DNA of 64,000 bases. It comes from Carcharhinus amblyrhynchos (lineage: Eukaryota). Made by a program: the position numbers and the translations under genes. The notes below the pieces were generated by a model. That model saw nothing but the letters and a program-made list of their open reading frames with translations. It did no database searches and was not told where the DNA came from. The stretch's first letter is position 1, and each line of letters begins with the position of its first letter. Positions 1-12,915 of this stretch are shown piece by piece. The stretch is from contig OZ336870.1 of assembly GCA_965287045.1 (NCBI GenBank), positions 15,190,001-15,254,000 of the forward strand, given 5' to 3'.

Positions 1-436
1 TCCCTGAGTCGCTTTGCAGCAGACCGTGCGAGAGTAAAGAGATACAGACGGCAATAAGTTTCAAATTCAGTGTCATTATAATGAGGACCCTATTTAAAGA
101 AAGAACAACTTTTGACTAGAGTAATTGTAGCTCTCTGGATACTAGAAACTGACCTAAGAATGGAATTTATAGTCTCACTATTTATTAACTTTCTCTGTGA
201 GGTTAATGGATTAAGTCTTGCTTTGGCATACTTCGTGTCAAACTGATGTTATGGATCTTAAATGCCAAAGCAATTGTTTCATAGCTCCCCGCTGCCCAAC
301 ACACACACAACAACCACCGCCCTCCAACCTCCCTCCATTGGTCAAGAACTATAAACGTTTGGAAACTGCTACTTTAAAAAAGTGCTAACTTGTTAAAGGC
401 TTAAGGAATGATATCCGTTTTTTCCCATTTCAAAAG

Positions 437-591
437 GACAATCTTGAAAGACCGAGGCTTCTTCCGTTACTTGCACACGGCCATTATTGAAAGTGGCACC
501 ATGTTGATATTTGGTGGAAACACTCACAATGACACTTCAATGAGCCATGGAGCTAAATGCTTCTCTTCGGACTTCATAGCTTATGACTTGG
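437..591 (+). CDS. ATRN: Attractin internal exon A (Kelch repeats)
   Basis: caaaag|G ACA ATC ... TTG G|gtaagc; encodes TILKDRGFFRYLHTAIIESGTMLIFGGNTHNDTSMSHGAKCFSSDFIAYDL, matching recalled vertebrate ATRN (SMSHGAKCFSSDF) rather than ATRNL1; 155 nt. Confidence 0.95.
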
Positions 592-1369
592 GTAAGCTGT
601 TGGATAAGTTATGTTTGGTTCAACAGTAGTGCTATGAAACTTGCGTATTAACTGACTGGGGTACTTTGTGCTGTGATGTTCCACTGTTGTATCGGTCTTT
701 TCTCACAGAGAAAATTATTCCATTCTTAAATCTACAAAGCCAATTCTCAGAATGGAGCTGGCAAATCCATTCCTTGAATGCTCCAAAAACCAAATTCATA
801 TTAAATCCAATTCAAGGTCCCCACAAGAATCGCAAATAAGATCCAAGCTGAGAATCTGGGACTTGATCTTAGCCAAAAGGCATGTTGTGTTGGTCTTCAG
901 ATTACCATCCCCACTCCCACTTGCTTTTGATTTACTCCCAGCAGCTCACATTACTTATGACTGTATTGACCTTTTACTTATTACTCAAGCTCAGGGTTGA
1001 AATCCAAAGCAGTTCTTTATCATGTAGCCTTCAGTAATTTTGTTTCCTTCTCCCTCTTTCCTGGAACGATTGATATATTTGGCTGCTGACCTACTTGGTT
1101 TGGCCAAATGTTTGATTCTTCGTATGTAAAACTGGATAGTGAGGCCTTTTGAGTGTGGGAAGCTTCACAGCCAAACCCAGCCTTTCTCCCAACTGATACC
1201 TTTACTTTTTCCTGCAAGGGTTAAAGAAAATGTTTACTGCTGTCTGCCCAAATGAAAATTACTTTCCTACCTTGTCTGCCAGCAGTTGGCCGAGTGTAGA
1301 TTGGATAAGAGCCTTGGATCGTTCTGGTTTGTACAATTAAGCCACCAAGTGAGCCATGGTGGCTACCTT

Positions 1370-3260
1370 ATTTAGGGAACAAATCAGCAGAGTGTAGAGG
1401 GGAACATAAAGCAATTAGGAGAGAAAAGTGTGGCATGATAAAACACTGGCAGCTAAAATTAGGGAGAATCCTAAAATATAATTGTACAGTAACTTCATTG
1501 CAGTGTTAATTACTTGTGATGAATAAATAAACTTTTACTTTAACTTTGTATGCTATGGGGAAGAGGAGAACCAGGGAAAGAGTAAGGCCCAGAGAGGCAA
1601 TCTATGCAAGGAGCTAAAGGACATTGATAGGGTATTAAATGAGTAATTCAATTCTGTCTTCACTCGGAAGGAGGAGGATGTAGGTATAGAATTCAGGAGA
1701 AAGACTGAGAATTTTGAACAATTTGACAAAAGGAGTGAGGTGGTATTGGAAGTTTTGCCAGACTTAAAATTGGACAAATCCCAGGTCTGGTTGTGTTGTA
1801 AGTGGGCTGATGTGGGAGGCAAGGGAGGAAATTTGCAGGGGCTCTGACCGAAACTTTTAATCCCTCTCTGGCCACAGGAGAGGTGCCAGAGGACTGGAAG
1901 GTAGGTAATGTGGTTCCACTTTTCCAAAAGGATGGTAGAGATAAACCAGGGAATCACAGACCAGTGAGTTTTATGTCAGTGATATGGAAACTATTGGAGA
2001 AAATTCTGAAGGAGAGAATTAACCTCCATTTGAGATGCAAGATACAATTGTTGGTGGAAGGTCATGCGTAATGAATTTGAATTTTTCAAGGAGGTGACTG
2101 GATGTGTATGTGAGGGTATTGCAGTTGATGTGGTTTATATGGATTTCAGCAAAGCCTTTGACATGCTCCCACATGGGAAACTGATCAAGAAGTTCAAACC
2201 TGGGATGAGGTTAACTTCCAAAACTGGCTTAGTGGTAGGAAACAGAGGGTGGTGATAGGGGGCAGTATATGTGACTGGAGGCCCCATCTTCAGTGGCATA
2301 TCACAGAGATAATTGCTGCTTTCTTTATTGTTTGTGATGTACATAAATGATACAGATGAGAATGTTGGGAGGAGGGGAATGATAAGTTTGCAGATGATGT
2401 GAAGATTGGTGGGTTGGTTCATAGTGAGAAAGAAGGTCTTAGGTTGCCGGAAGATATTGACAGGTTGGCCAGATGGGCAGATCAGTGGCAGATGGAATTT
2501 AACCCTGAAAAGTGTGAGGTGTTGCACTTTGGTAGGAGTAACAAGACAGTGGATAGGAGGACGCTTGGAACCTCAGAAGAATAGAGGAATCTTGGGATGC
2601 TTGTCCACAGATCCTTGAAGGTAGTGGGACAGATGAATAAGGCAGTTAAGGCGGCATATGGGATTCTTGCCTTTGTCAGTTTAGATTGTGAGAACCTGGA
2701 TGTTATGATGGAGCTGTACAGAATTGGGTTATGCCACAGCTAGAGTGCTCTGGTCACCTCATTATAGGAAGGTTGTGATTGCACTGGAGAGAATGCAGAG
2801 GGATGTTGCCTGGGATGGAGCATTTAAGCTATGAAGTGTGGTTGGATAGTCTTGGGCTGTTTTCTTTAGAACAGAGAAGTCTGAGGGGGGACCTGATTGA
2901 AGTGTATAAGATTATGAGGGGTAGGGGTAGGGTGGAAAGGAAACATCTGTTCCCCCTAGTTCAAGGGTCAATAACAAGGGCATAATTTTAAGGCAAGCGG
3001 CAGGAGGTTTAGAGGGGATTTGAGGTAAATTCTTTTCATCCAGAGGGTGATGGGAGCCTGGAATGCATTGCCCAGGTGGGTAGTGGAGGTGGGAAACCTC
3101 ATAACCTTTAAAAATTATGTGAGTGAGCAGTTAAAATATCATAACATTCAAGGTTATGAGCCAAATGCTGGACAGTGGGATTAGTATAGATATAGTGTAG
3201 TTTTGTCAGTCTAGGCTCGATGGACCGAAAGGCCTCTTCAATCTTATGTGAATCTATAAC
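1370..3260 (+). mobile_element. Degenerate 5'-truncated CR1 LINE (ORF2 RT and 3' end)
   Basis: Broken ORFs PEDWKVGNVVPLFQK...RPVS, VDVVYMDFSKAFD, WADQWQMEFNPEKCEVLHFG, LRGDLIEVYKIM; CR1-type tail near 3215-3260; short SINE-tail insert at about 1480-1550. Confidence 0.88.
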
Positions 3261-4152
3261 TGTATAACTCATTTTTTTGAAACCTGTTGCTCATTGTGAA
3301 GTTTTGCTTTTCTAAACAAAGCAAAATTTTGCTTTTTTAGTAACAAATGTGAATGTTCAGATGATTTTCAATGCAGGTAAGAATGTTAAAGCTCAAAAGC
3401 ACATTTTTAACTGCACACGTGGATAATGTTGGGTAATTTGCAGAATTTACAGTTTGCCAGCGCTGTGTGTTGTCAAAAACTGCAAGTAATAAATACCAGG
3501 GTCTCTGTGTTGCAGCCATTCTGGAAATTGGATAATGGCCAATGTATTGAAGGATGGGAGACATTTATGCTCGTGTTTCATATTATAATGGACAGCAGAG
3601 CCAGACATCAGCTGATACTATCCGCTAATTTGCTTGATCACTAAAGTTGTGATTGGGTGCACTGCACCAGGGAGGAAGCAGATATTTTCCCATTCTGGAC
3701 TGAAAGAAGCTCTTTATATTAGCCACCTTAATGTGCAGAAGAAGCAACAGAAGGAGAACAGCTGTAGATGCTAATGATTTCAACGTTACCGATGCCTTCT
3801 TTCAAAGCTGTATGTAATAGCTGAGGCATAGTTAAAGATCTTGTCTTCATTCAGAATTGCTAAAGCAGGGCTTTTCAAACTGTGGGTCTCCTAATGAAGC
3901 CACAAAATAAAATTGGTGTTGCGAGCTCTGAAGTAGCAGTTGTTGCCGTGGAGCCCCACCCAAGTGTTAATAGCTTTGGGACTCCTTTAAATATTTGTGC
4001 TTTTTCAGTGGTGGACATGGCCAGATGGACCAATCATGGCCCCTGCTCTAGAAAAGTCAGTGAAATTGTTGGTGTTTTGCAATTGTTTGGCATCCACTTG
4101 CTCTTGACAGCTCTCCACTTCCGCTTCTGCCTCCTCGCTTGCACAGCTCTGC

Positions 4153-4216
4153 ACCCCCCCCCCCCCCCCATCTTCCAGCCCCCTCCCCCCCCATCTTCCA
4201 GCCCCCTCCCCCCACC
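4153..4216 (+). repeat. Poly-C tract with tandem duplication of catcttccagccccctcccccc
   Basis: Directly visible; G-runs on the minus strand are G-quadruplex-compatible. Confidence 0.85.
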
Positions 4217-4773
4217 GGCATCAGGATCTCTCATCAACATCTGAAACAGGGAATATAATTTAAATTGGTTTTCTCCTTCAGTGACTAAAATAACAAGGAG
4301 GAGCTGTGAAAGTCACAAATCTGTACCGAAACGGTAATAGGTAGAAGTGTACAGCAATCCAGTCAAAATCAGCGCTAAAGCAAATTGTTGAGTTAGGGTT
4401 ACAGCCCCAAATTGTCCAAACTTGCCTGTTTTTCTAAACAGCAGTTCTTGCATTTCTTTCGGGTGCTGAATAGTTATCTTTCTGTTACTTTGTTGTGTTA
4501 AATAGATTGCTCCCTCCCACCCATGAAAATCTTGGAAGTTTTCTACCAGAGGAAATATATGAGCAATTCACTGTTGGCTTTCGTCACTTTTCTGAACTGA
4601 TTTTTTTTTGTGTGTGCAGCCTGCACTCTTAATATCTGTTTGAGTGCTAGCGGGCTAATAGTCAATCAGGAGCGGTTTCTGCTCTATTAAGCAGAAAGGT
4701 GTAGTTTAATTAATACCCTGACTTTGCTGTGACCTAAAATAGACATTTTATGTACAGTACATAGTGTAGAAAT

Positions 4774-4792
4774 ATGCAGCAGAGGGCAGCAT
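4774..4792 (+). promoter_or_regulatory. Candidate CTCF-binding motif
   Basis: atGCAGCAGAGGGCAGCAt resembles the CTCF core CCASYAGRKGGCRS with one deviation; in non-repetitive intronic DNA; motif match only. Confidence 0.35.
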
Positions 4793-5719
4793 TGCCATTT
4801 ATATGTGCTTTATGTGTACTTTATCAAGGCAGGATGATCCTGCTTTTGCTTTGGCTATTTGTACAGTGAATTTCAAATGTTTCTTCATTTTTGTTTCCTT
4901 TCTCTATCTGCATTCGCGCGCACACCTTTAAAATCACCTTGATCCATGAAGTGCTAAAGATGCTATGTAAATGAATAACTTAAATTTATGCTGCCTGATA
5001 GACCTTCAGGTTATCCCAAAGCAGAGTGAATTATTTTAAAGTGCTTTTACTGTTGCAAACCAAGGTTAATAATGGTAAATTTAATACTGCATCTTGTGGT
5101 TTCACCGGCAACTGCTTGTATTTATGTAGAACCCATAACACTGTCCAAAGGCACTTCATAGAGAAACATAAGGGTGGGGAGAAAGAACATTCAACCTAAA
5201 AGCAAGATATATGGAGGGGTGTGGAAAACCATTGTCAACAAGTGTGATTGTGAATGGAGCAAAGTGAAGGGTTTAAGTTGTTAGTTGCAAAGCATCAGGC
5301 TTGGACAGCTGAAGGCATAGTTGTCAATGTGAAGGACAAGGTTATTGTCGAAAAAGTCACAGCTGGAGGAGATTGCACTGATGGAAATTGTAGCAAAGCT
5401 GTGGAAGGATTTAAACACAAGGAAATTTGAAGTTTTGATGCAACAAGAACAAATTTGGGTCAGAGAGGATAAAGGATATTATTTTTCCTTGGATTAATAT
5501 GATTAAGGACAGTTCTAATTGAAAATATAACCAGACTGTTTTATGTCCTGAGTTCACTATATGTAGGAGAAGTCTGGTCCATACCTGGAAAACCTAAGGA
5601 GCAATTCAGAATTCAACTCTTGGCATTTGGGAAGGTGTTTGTTACTTACTTCTACAATATAGAAATTTCATTTTTATCCTCCATGTCTTTATTATATGTA
5701 AAATTGCTGGCACTAATAC

Positions 5720-7050
5720 ACCCCTCCCTGATGAGCTCAACACATTCTATGCCCGTTTTGAGAAAGAGGTCAGCAAGGTCACATCCTCCACCCCAGAAGC
5801 TTCGGACGAACCTGTATCCGAGACTGCAGACGTCACGAGCACTCAGATCCCGCGCACTGGATCTCTCTTTACACCAATCTGAGGTCCTTATCTGCTTCAA
5901 GAAGACAACCATCATCCCAGTACCAAAGGAAAGCCAGGTAGTGTGCTTTAATGACTTTCTTTCGGTGACTCTGGCATCTGTCATTATGAAGTGCTTTGAA
6001 AGATTAGTCATGGCACAAATCAGTTCCACCCTCCCAGGTTGCCTGGATCCACCACAGCAACAGGTCCGCAGCAGATGCCATCTCCCTGGCCCTACAGTCA
6101 ACCCTGCAACACCGAGACAACAAAGACACCTATATCAGGCTGCTATTTATTGACTACATCTCAACCTTCAACAACGTTATTCCAACAAAACTCATCTTCA
6201 AGCTCTGTATCCTGGGGCTTGGCTCCTCCTTCTGCCGCTGGATCCTAGACTGCCTAACTGATAGACCGTAATCAGTAAGGATAAGCAACAACACCTCTTC
6301 CACAGTCACCTTCAAGACTGGTGCCCCACAAGGCTGTATCCTCAGCCCCTTACAATACTCCTCATACACCTATGACTGTGTGGCTAAATTCCCCTCCAAT
6401 CCATTTTCAAGTTTGCTGATGACACCACCGTAGAGGTGGTGAAACAATTATGAGACAGAGAGGAATGAGATAGAGAATCTGGTGAACTGGTGCAACAAAC
6501 CGCTCCCTCATCAAAACAAAGGAAATAGTCATCAACTTCAGGAAGTGGAGGATATGCCCCTGTCTACATCAATGGGAACCAAGTGGAAATGGTCGAGAGC
6601 TTCACTTTTCCAGGTGTCTGCATCACCAACACCCTGTCCTGGTTCCTCCGTGCCGACACTATAGTTAAGAAAGTCCACCAATGCCTCTACTTTCTCAGAG
6701 GGCTAAGGAAATGTGGTATGTCCGCTGTGACTCTCACCAACTCTTACAGATGCACCATAGAAAGCATTCCTCCTGGTTGTATCGCGCTTGGTATGAATCC
6801 TGCTTTGTCCAAGAAACAAAAAACTACAAGAGATTGTGAGCAAAGCACAGTCCATCGCTGAAATCAGCCTCCCGGACGTTAACACTGCCTAAACCTCCCG
6901 CTGCCTCGGAAAAGCAGCCAACGTAATCAAGGACTCCGTGTACTCTGGAGATACTGCCTTCCATCTTCTTCCAACGGGAAAAGGATTCAAAATTCTGAGG
7001 ACACATACCAACAGATTCAAGAACAGCTTCTTCTCTGCTGCCATCAGAAT
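5720..7050 (+). mobile_element. Rex1/Babar-type non-LTR retrotransposon fragment
   Basis: CFKKTTIIPVPK...VTLASVIMKCFERLV, GAPQGC, FADDTT, VESFTFPGVCITNTLSW...VKKVHQCLYFLRGLRK, RTHTNRFKNSFF; frameshifted. Confidence 0.85.
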
Positions 7051-7340
7051 CATAGAATCCCTTCGGTGCAGGACGTGGCCATTCAGCACATGGAGCCTCC
7101 TCCGACCACAATCCCCCATCGGCTCTGTCCCTGTAACCGCCCATGTCTACCTAGTTACTCCCCCAGCAATCAAGGTCATGGCCAATACATCTTTGCACTG
7201 TGGGAGGAAAACTGAGCACCTGGAGGAAACCCACACAGACATAGGGTGAATGTACGAACTCCACACAGGCAGTCGCCTGAGGTAGGAATTGAACTTGGGT
7301 CCCTGGCACTGAGGCAGATATGCTAACCACTGTGCTTCCG
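7050..7340 (-). mobile_element. HE1/V-SINE
   Basis: Reverse complement of the 24600-24915 element (tRNA-like head near 7340, V-core, CR1-type tail at 7050). Confidence 0.8.
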
Positions 7341-7639
7341 TTTGGCTATGAAATTTAACTTTTCTGTATTTATCTTTATACTTGCAGCCAGTTTAACTTA
7401 GCTGCAAATTGTTGTACTTGAAAAGTATTAAAATGATGAAATTAAGTAATTTGTATTTGTCTTCGTTTTGTAAGTTTTTTTTGTCTGGCTAAAATACTAG
7501 TTATTGTAGTTCAAATATTTGGCCAGTTGTGATGCAGCTCATGTGACATGGGGAATATCAACTGCAAACCTACTAAAGCATTGAATTTAATTAATGTCAC
7601 CCTGGTTTAATTAATAAAATGCCAGTGAACAAAATTGAA

Positions 7640-8815
7640 TTTTTTATTTGATCGTGGCATGTGGGCATTGCTTAGCCATGTCAACATTTATTATTATCCC
7701 TAATTACCCTTGGGCTGCCATCTTTAATCAATACAGTCCATGTGATGTCGGTACACCAACAGCACCGTTAGGCAACAAGAACCAGGATTTTGACCAAGGG
7801 ACAATGAAAGAGTGGTGATATACTTTCAAATCAGGTGGTGTTTGCTGTTTGCAGTCATTTTTTCTAAGTGGTAGAACATGCGGATGTGGAAGGTTGAAGA
7901 AGAATTGGTGAGTTACTTCTAGGTGGCACAAATTACAACCATGGTGTGTTGGTGGGAGAAAGTGAAGGTTTAAGGAGGCCAATGGGATACCAGTCAAATG
8001 GGCTGTTACTGCTGTATGGTGTGAAACTTCTTGAATTTTTGGAGCTGGATTCATCCAGGCAAATGGGGAGCATTCCAGTGCACACCTGACTTATGCTTTG
8101 TAGATGGTGGACAAGTTTGGGGGAATGCTAAGGTGAGTTACTTGTCATAGGATTCTGACCTGTTCTATTAACCACTTCAGTGTGGCTGCTCTGGTTAAAT
8201 TTCTGGTCAATGGTTTTCTGCAGGACATTGATGATGGGGGAGTTCAGCAATAGCTATGCCATTAAGTGCCAGGAGGAGATAGCTAGATTCCCTGTTGCTG
8301 GCAGTCACCGTTGTTACTTGCCCCTTGATAGCCCAAGCTTGAATGTTGTCCAGGGTTTCCTGCATCTGGGCATTGTCTTCAATCTTCATTATCTGAGATG
8401 TTGCAAATGGTACTCAGTACTGCAATCAGCAATGGACATCCCATTTCAGATCTTTAGGGAGAGTCATTGAAGCAACTGGTGATAATTAAACCATGGATGT
8501 TGCACTGACGAGCCTCTGCAACAATATGCTGGGGCTGAGATGATTGGCCTTCTGCAACCACAGCCATCATCCCTTACGTTAGTCTGACTTCAGTCATTGA
8601 AGAACTTACTCCCTGATTCCGATTGACTTCTGTTTTACTCTGGTTACTTGATAAAGCATTTGGTCAAGGACCAACTTGGTACTCATACCTCATCTCTGGA
8701 ATTCAACTCTTGTTCATATTTGGACCAAGGCTGTAACAAAGTTGGGAACAGAATTGTTTTGGCAGAACTGAAACATCGGCAAGTAAGTGCTGTTTGATAA
8801 CACTGCCAATGACAC
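7640..8815 (-). mobile_element. Second CR1/L2-group LINE family, degenerate 3' portion
   Basis: Minus-strand QETLDNIQAWAIKGQVT and SFIVPWSKSWFLLPN; same family at 31120-31505, 49290-49540 and 50460-51000; clade uncertain. Confidence 0.7.
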
Positions 8816-9052
8816 TGTTATGGTCAGGTGAAAAGTGGTAGAATGACTTCCCTCTTTAGAATGCCTCTTAGTTGGTTGCAACAGTTGTATTTAAGAGTTT
8901 GCTCATAGGTTTTGAGAGTATTTAACTGTTTAAGTGCCATGATTTTAAAAGTTACAGACGGACAGAGGTGTAAGATTTAAAAGAAGAGGAAATTAACGCC
9001 TTAGAGATAAAAAAGTTAAAAACTCACACACATACATCCTACTCCCACCCAG

Positions 9053-9490
9053 AGCTCTGATGAAGGAACATACCGACTTGAATCTATTCTCCACAGATGC
9101 TGTTAGACATGCTGAGATTTACCAGCATTTTCTGTTTTTGCTGTTTAAGATCTTGATGGACGAGCAATCTCTGTGTTTTCCTCTGAAGTCAGTAGCTGTT
9201 TCATTTGTATTGAAGATGCTGCTTTCACTGTTGGTTGGTCAGATACACACTTGTAGAATGGCTGTAGAGTGAGAGTGGGACCATAAGTTATCTTCTCGCT
9301 GTTATCCATTTGTAGTCTGTCTGATCTTAAGGTAAAAGCAAAATATTGTGGACGCTGGAATCTGAAACATCAACATAAAATGCTGGAGAGCAGACAAAGG
9401 TCATCTAGACTTAGAATGTTGGCTGTATTCTCTCTCCACAGATGCTGTCAGACCTGCTGGGATTTTCCAGCATTTTCTTTTTTTTGTTTC
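9053..9490. mobile_element. Two Penelope-like terminal-repeat remnants (9053-9145 and 9335-9490)
   Basis: Shared block ctccacagatgctg..agacctgctgag..ttccagcattttct preceded by a decayed CTGATGA/aggtcat..gact motif; same block follows the Penelope-type RT at 46475-46545. Confidence 0.6.
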
Positions 9491-9539
9491 TATTTGACCT
9501 CAACTCTGGAAGGTCAGTGTCTTTTTTTAACACACAGGA

Positions 9540-10070
9540 TTAGTTTGCTATTATCCTGTTACAGAAAAGATATTAGTAAACTAGAAAGTGCAGAAAAGAT
9601 TTACGAGGATGCTACTGGGACTTTGATGGTTTGAGTTATAATGAGAGGCTGGATAGACTGGGACTTTTTCCCTCGAGTGTAGAAGGCTGAGGGGTGCTCT
9701 TATAGAGGTCAATAAAATAATGAGAGGCATAGGTCAGCTAGATAGTCAATATCTTTTCCCAAAGGTAGAGAGCCTAAAGCTAGAGGGCAGAGGTTTCAGG
9801 TGAGATGGGAAAGATACAAAAGAGTCCAGTGGGCCAATTTTTTCATAGAGAGTGGTGAGTGTCTGGAACAAGCTGCCATAGGTACTGGTAGAGGCGGGTA
9901 CAATTTTGTCTTTGAAAAGATATTTAGATAGTTACATGAGTAAGACGGGTATAGAGGGATATGGGCCAAACGTGGACAATTGGGACGAGCATAGTGGTCT
10001 AAAAAAAGGGCGGCATGGATAAGTTGGGCCGAAGGGTTTATTTCCATGTAGTGAACCTCTATGACTCTAT
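9540..10070 (+). mobile_element. CR1 LINE 3' fragment
   Basis: Similar to 58600-59115; ends gggccgaaggg...ctctatgactctat. Confidence 0.85.
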
Positions 10071-10094
10071 CACATAACTACACTCTCAAACTTT

Positions 10095-10640
10095 TTTCCT
10101 TATTTGCATAAGGATATATTGGCCTTGGACGGAGTACAGAGAAGATTCACCAGGCTGATACCAGAGATGAGGGAGTTAGCTTATGAGGAAAGATTGAGTA
10201 GATTGGGCCTGTACTGGTTGGAGTTTAGAAGGCTGAGGGGGGGATCTTACAGAGACTTAGATGATAATGAAGGGGCTAGATAGGGTAGAGGTAGAGAGAT
10301 TCTTTCTGCTTAGAAAGGAAAACAGAACAAGAGGGCACAGCCTCAAAATAAGTGGGGGGGGAGCAGTTTAGAACGGAGTTGAGGAGGAACTTCTTCACTC
10401 AAAGGGTGGTGAATCTCTGGAATTCTCTGCCATTGAAGTGGTGGAGGCTACCTCGTTGAATATATTTAAGTCACGGGTAGATAGATTTCTGATAGACAAG
10501 GGAATTAAGGGTTATGGGGAGAAAGCGGGAAAATGGAACTGAGCCACTTCAGATCAGCCATGATCTTATTGAATGGTGGGGCAGGCTCGAAGGGCTAGAT
10601 GGCCTACTCCTGCTCCTATTTCTTACATTGTTATGTTCTG
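10095..10640 (+). mobile_element. CR1 LINE 3' fragment, different subfamily
   Basis: VQRRFTRLIPEMRELAYEERL-type coding remnant and 3' UTR gatcagccatgatc...ggcctactcctgctcctatttctt. Confidence 0.85.
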
Positions 10641-11125
10641 ATAATTTCAACTTGCAGTTTACAAAGCAATGTAAATGTTGAGCCATTTTGAAAACTGCAG
10701 TTTAGGTCATCAGCTGTCAGTCTTTTTGAAACTTACCCTGTGGTTTGACCCACTCAGTAAATACATTTTTTGATATGAAAAAGGTATAGCAACACCCTTC
10801 ATTACTTCACTGATGCTTGAGAGAAGATTAACATAACTGATGCAGTCTATGAATTGTTAGTACCTTTTGCTTTTGTCCTGAGGATTGACTCAGCCTGTGG
10901 TGTGCTTCCATGGATACTACCTTGAGTATTGAGAGTCTCTGTGGACGACGGTAGTGTCTTGGAACGCAGCTGAGCATGATTCTGATCTTAACTGGTGTCC
11001 AAGTCCCAAGAGGTGTATTTACTCATTATCCCATTAGAGGAGATTAGTGACTATGAATTTTTTTATTCAGAATTTTTAATGAGCTGGTTTTAGATGCAAA
11101 TAACAAACTGTGGAGGAAAAGAAAG

Positions 11126-11315
11126 GCAAATTACTGCGGATGCTGGAATCTGAAACTAAAAGAGAAAATGCTGGAAAATCTCAGCAAGGAGAGGAAAGCG
11201 ACATTTCGAGTTCAGATGTCAAAGGGTCATCTGGATTCGAAACATCAACTCTTTTCTCTCCTCACAGATGCTGTCAGACCTGCTGAGATTTCCCAGCATT
11301 TTCTCTTTTGGTTAC
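11126..11315. mobile_element. Palindromic Penelope-like terminal repeat remnant
   Basis: Arms aaagagaaaatgctggaaaatctcagca / tgctgagatttcccagcattttctcttt; centre tttcgagttcagatg..aagggtcatctggattcgaaac. Confidence 0.65.
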
Positions 11316-11384
11316 AGGCTGTAAAAGCTGAGGTTCCAGTCTAATGTGTGCTACTGTAAAAGATGCAGAATAAATGTTGTCTAA

Positions 11385-12280
11385 AGAATCATAAGAACTA
11401 GGAGCAGGAGTAGGCAATTCAGTCCCGTGAGTCTGTTCCGCCATTTAATCCGATCATGGCTGATCTCATCTTGGTCTCAACTCACTTACCTGCCTGTTTG
11501 CCATATCCTTAAGAACAAAGCACAGGGACAGGCACTTCAGCTTAACAAGACTGTGCCGACACAGATGCTTCTCTAATCTAATACGTTCTTGCCTCTAAGT
11601 GGTCCATATTCCTCTATTACCTACCGTAACATGTATCTGTCCAGATGTCTCTTGAACGTTGCTATAGAATCTACTTCCACCACCACCTCAGGCAGCAGGT
11701 TCCAGGCATTCACGACCCTCAGTGGACAAACTTGCCCCATACATCTCTCTCAAACTTCCCCCTCTCACTTTAAATCTATGCCCGTCGACCCTGGGAAAAA
11801 GACTCTGACTATCCACTCTATCTAAGCCTGTCACAATCTTGTAAACCTCTATCAGGTCCCCCCTCATCCTCCGACACTCCAGTAAAAGGATTCCATGTTT
11901 GTTCAATCTTTCTTCATAGCCCATATCCTCCAAATCAGGCAACGCCTTGGTAAATCTCTTCTGTACATTTATCAATGCATCAACATCCTTCCTTATTTAT
12001 TAAAAATCTGCTTCTCTCCTCAAACTTACTCAATGCCCAGGCATCCACCAGGCTGTGCAGTAATGATTTCTGTAGACTCATGGCCCTTTGAGAGGAATAA
12101 TTTCTCATCTCTTTTAAATTTGCCACTACATATCCTAAGACTATTACCTCTTGCAGTAGGTTGCCCTACAGAGGAAATGTCTCCTCCACATTTAATCTTG
12201 TCAATCCTGCTAATCATCTTGTATATCTCAATTAGATCCCCTCTCATTCTTCTAAACTTGAGGGAGTATAGACCTTAAAC
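11385..12280 (-). mobile_element. Nested CR1 3' fragments (copy at about 11510-11985 inserted in another)
   Basis: Two minus-strand RRMRGDLIEVYK / MRGDLIEIYKM ORFs; two distinct tails at 11385 and 11510. Confidence 0.8.
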
Positions 12281-12830
12281 TGCCAAATCTGTGATAAGTT
12301 TAAGATGTGTTCACTTTCAGGAATTGTGGAGCATTTGTACAGACAATTGAATGGGTTTGGTGCCAACTGCTCTTTTGTCTGTCAGTGCTTTGTTTTTAAA
12401 TGTTGGGATAAAACACATTGATAACTTCAGTCTGAAGCTGGAGAACTAGGACGTGCAGCTAGATTCCTGAAACTAAGTCAGAGTTGGATATGCATTCTAG
12501 TTGTGATGGTACAAAATCAGTAACCCAGAGGTCATGAGATTGCATGTCAAACAACTGTTCTGGTTTGCATGTAACTCTGCACCTACACTATGTCGTTGAT
12601 AGCCTCATGTCAACTATGACAAAACAAATGGCAGATAATTGAGCCTGCAGTGGAAAAAATAGTGAAACTTTAAATTTCCAAAGTAAACTTTATCATAATG
12701 AACAAAATCAGTGTAATTGTGCCAGTAATTAGAGTAAATTTTATGTAAGTTACGTGGTTTAGTTTGGGTTCATTTAATTCACAACCAAGCTTGATGGTCT
12801 TTTGGATAACTTACATCTGTGTGTCCACAG

Positions 12831-12915
12831 CTTGCGATGAGTGGTCTGTACTGCCGACCCCTGACCTTTCTCACGATGTCAACCGATTTGGCCATTCAGC
12901 AGTATTCAACAATGG
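12831..12915 (+). CDS. ATRN: Attractin exon B (Kelch)
   Basis: ccacag|CT TGC GAT GAG TGG ... AAT GG|gtaagg; (A)CDEWSVLPTPDLSHDVNRFGHSAVFNN(G); 85 nt; phase fits exons A and C; not in ORF track. Confidence 0.95.

Noticed and set aside
1-115. Possible end of a DNA transposon at the window start
   Set aside because: Truncated by the window edge and no matching terminus found; cannot be supported.
3882-4244. Proline-rich ORF and its antisense glycine-rich ORF
   Set aside because: Artefact of the poly-C tract; no splice or homology support.
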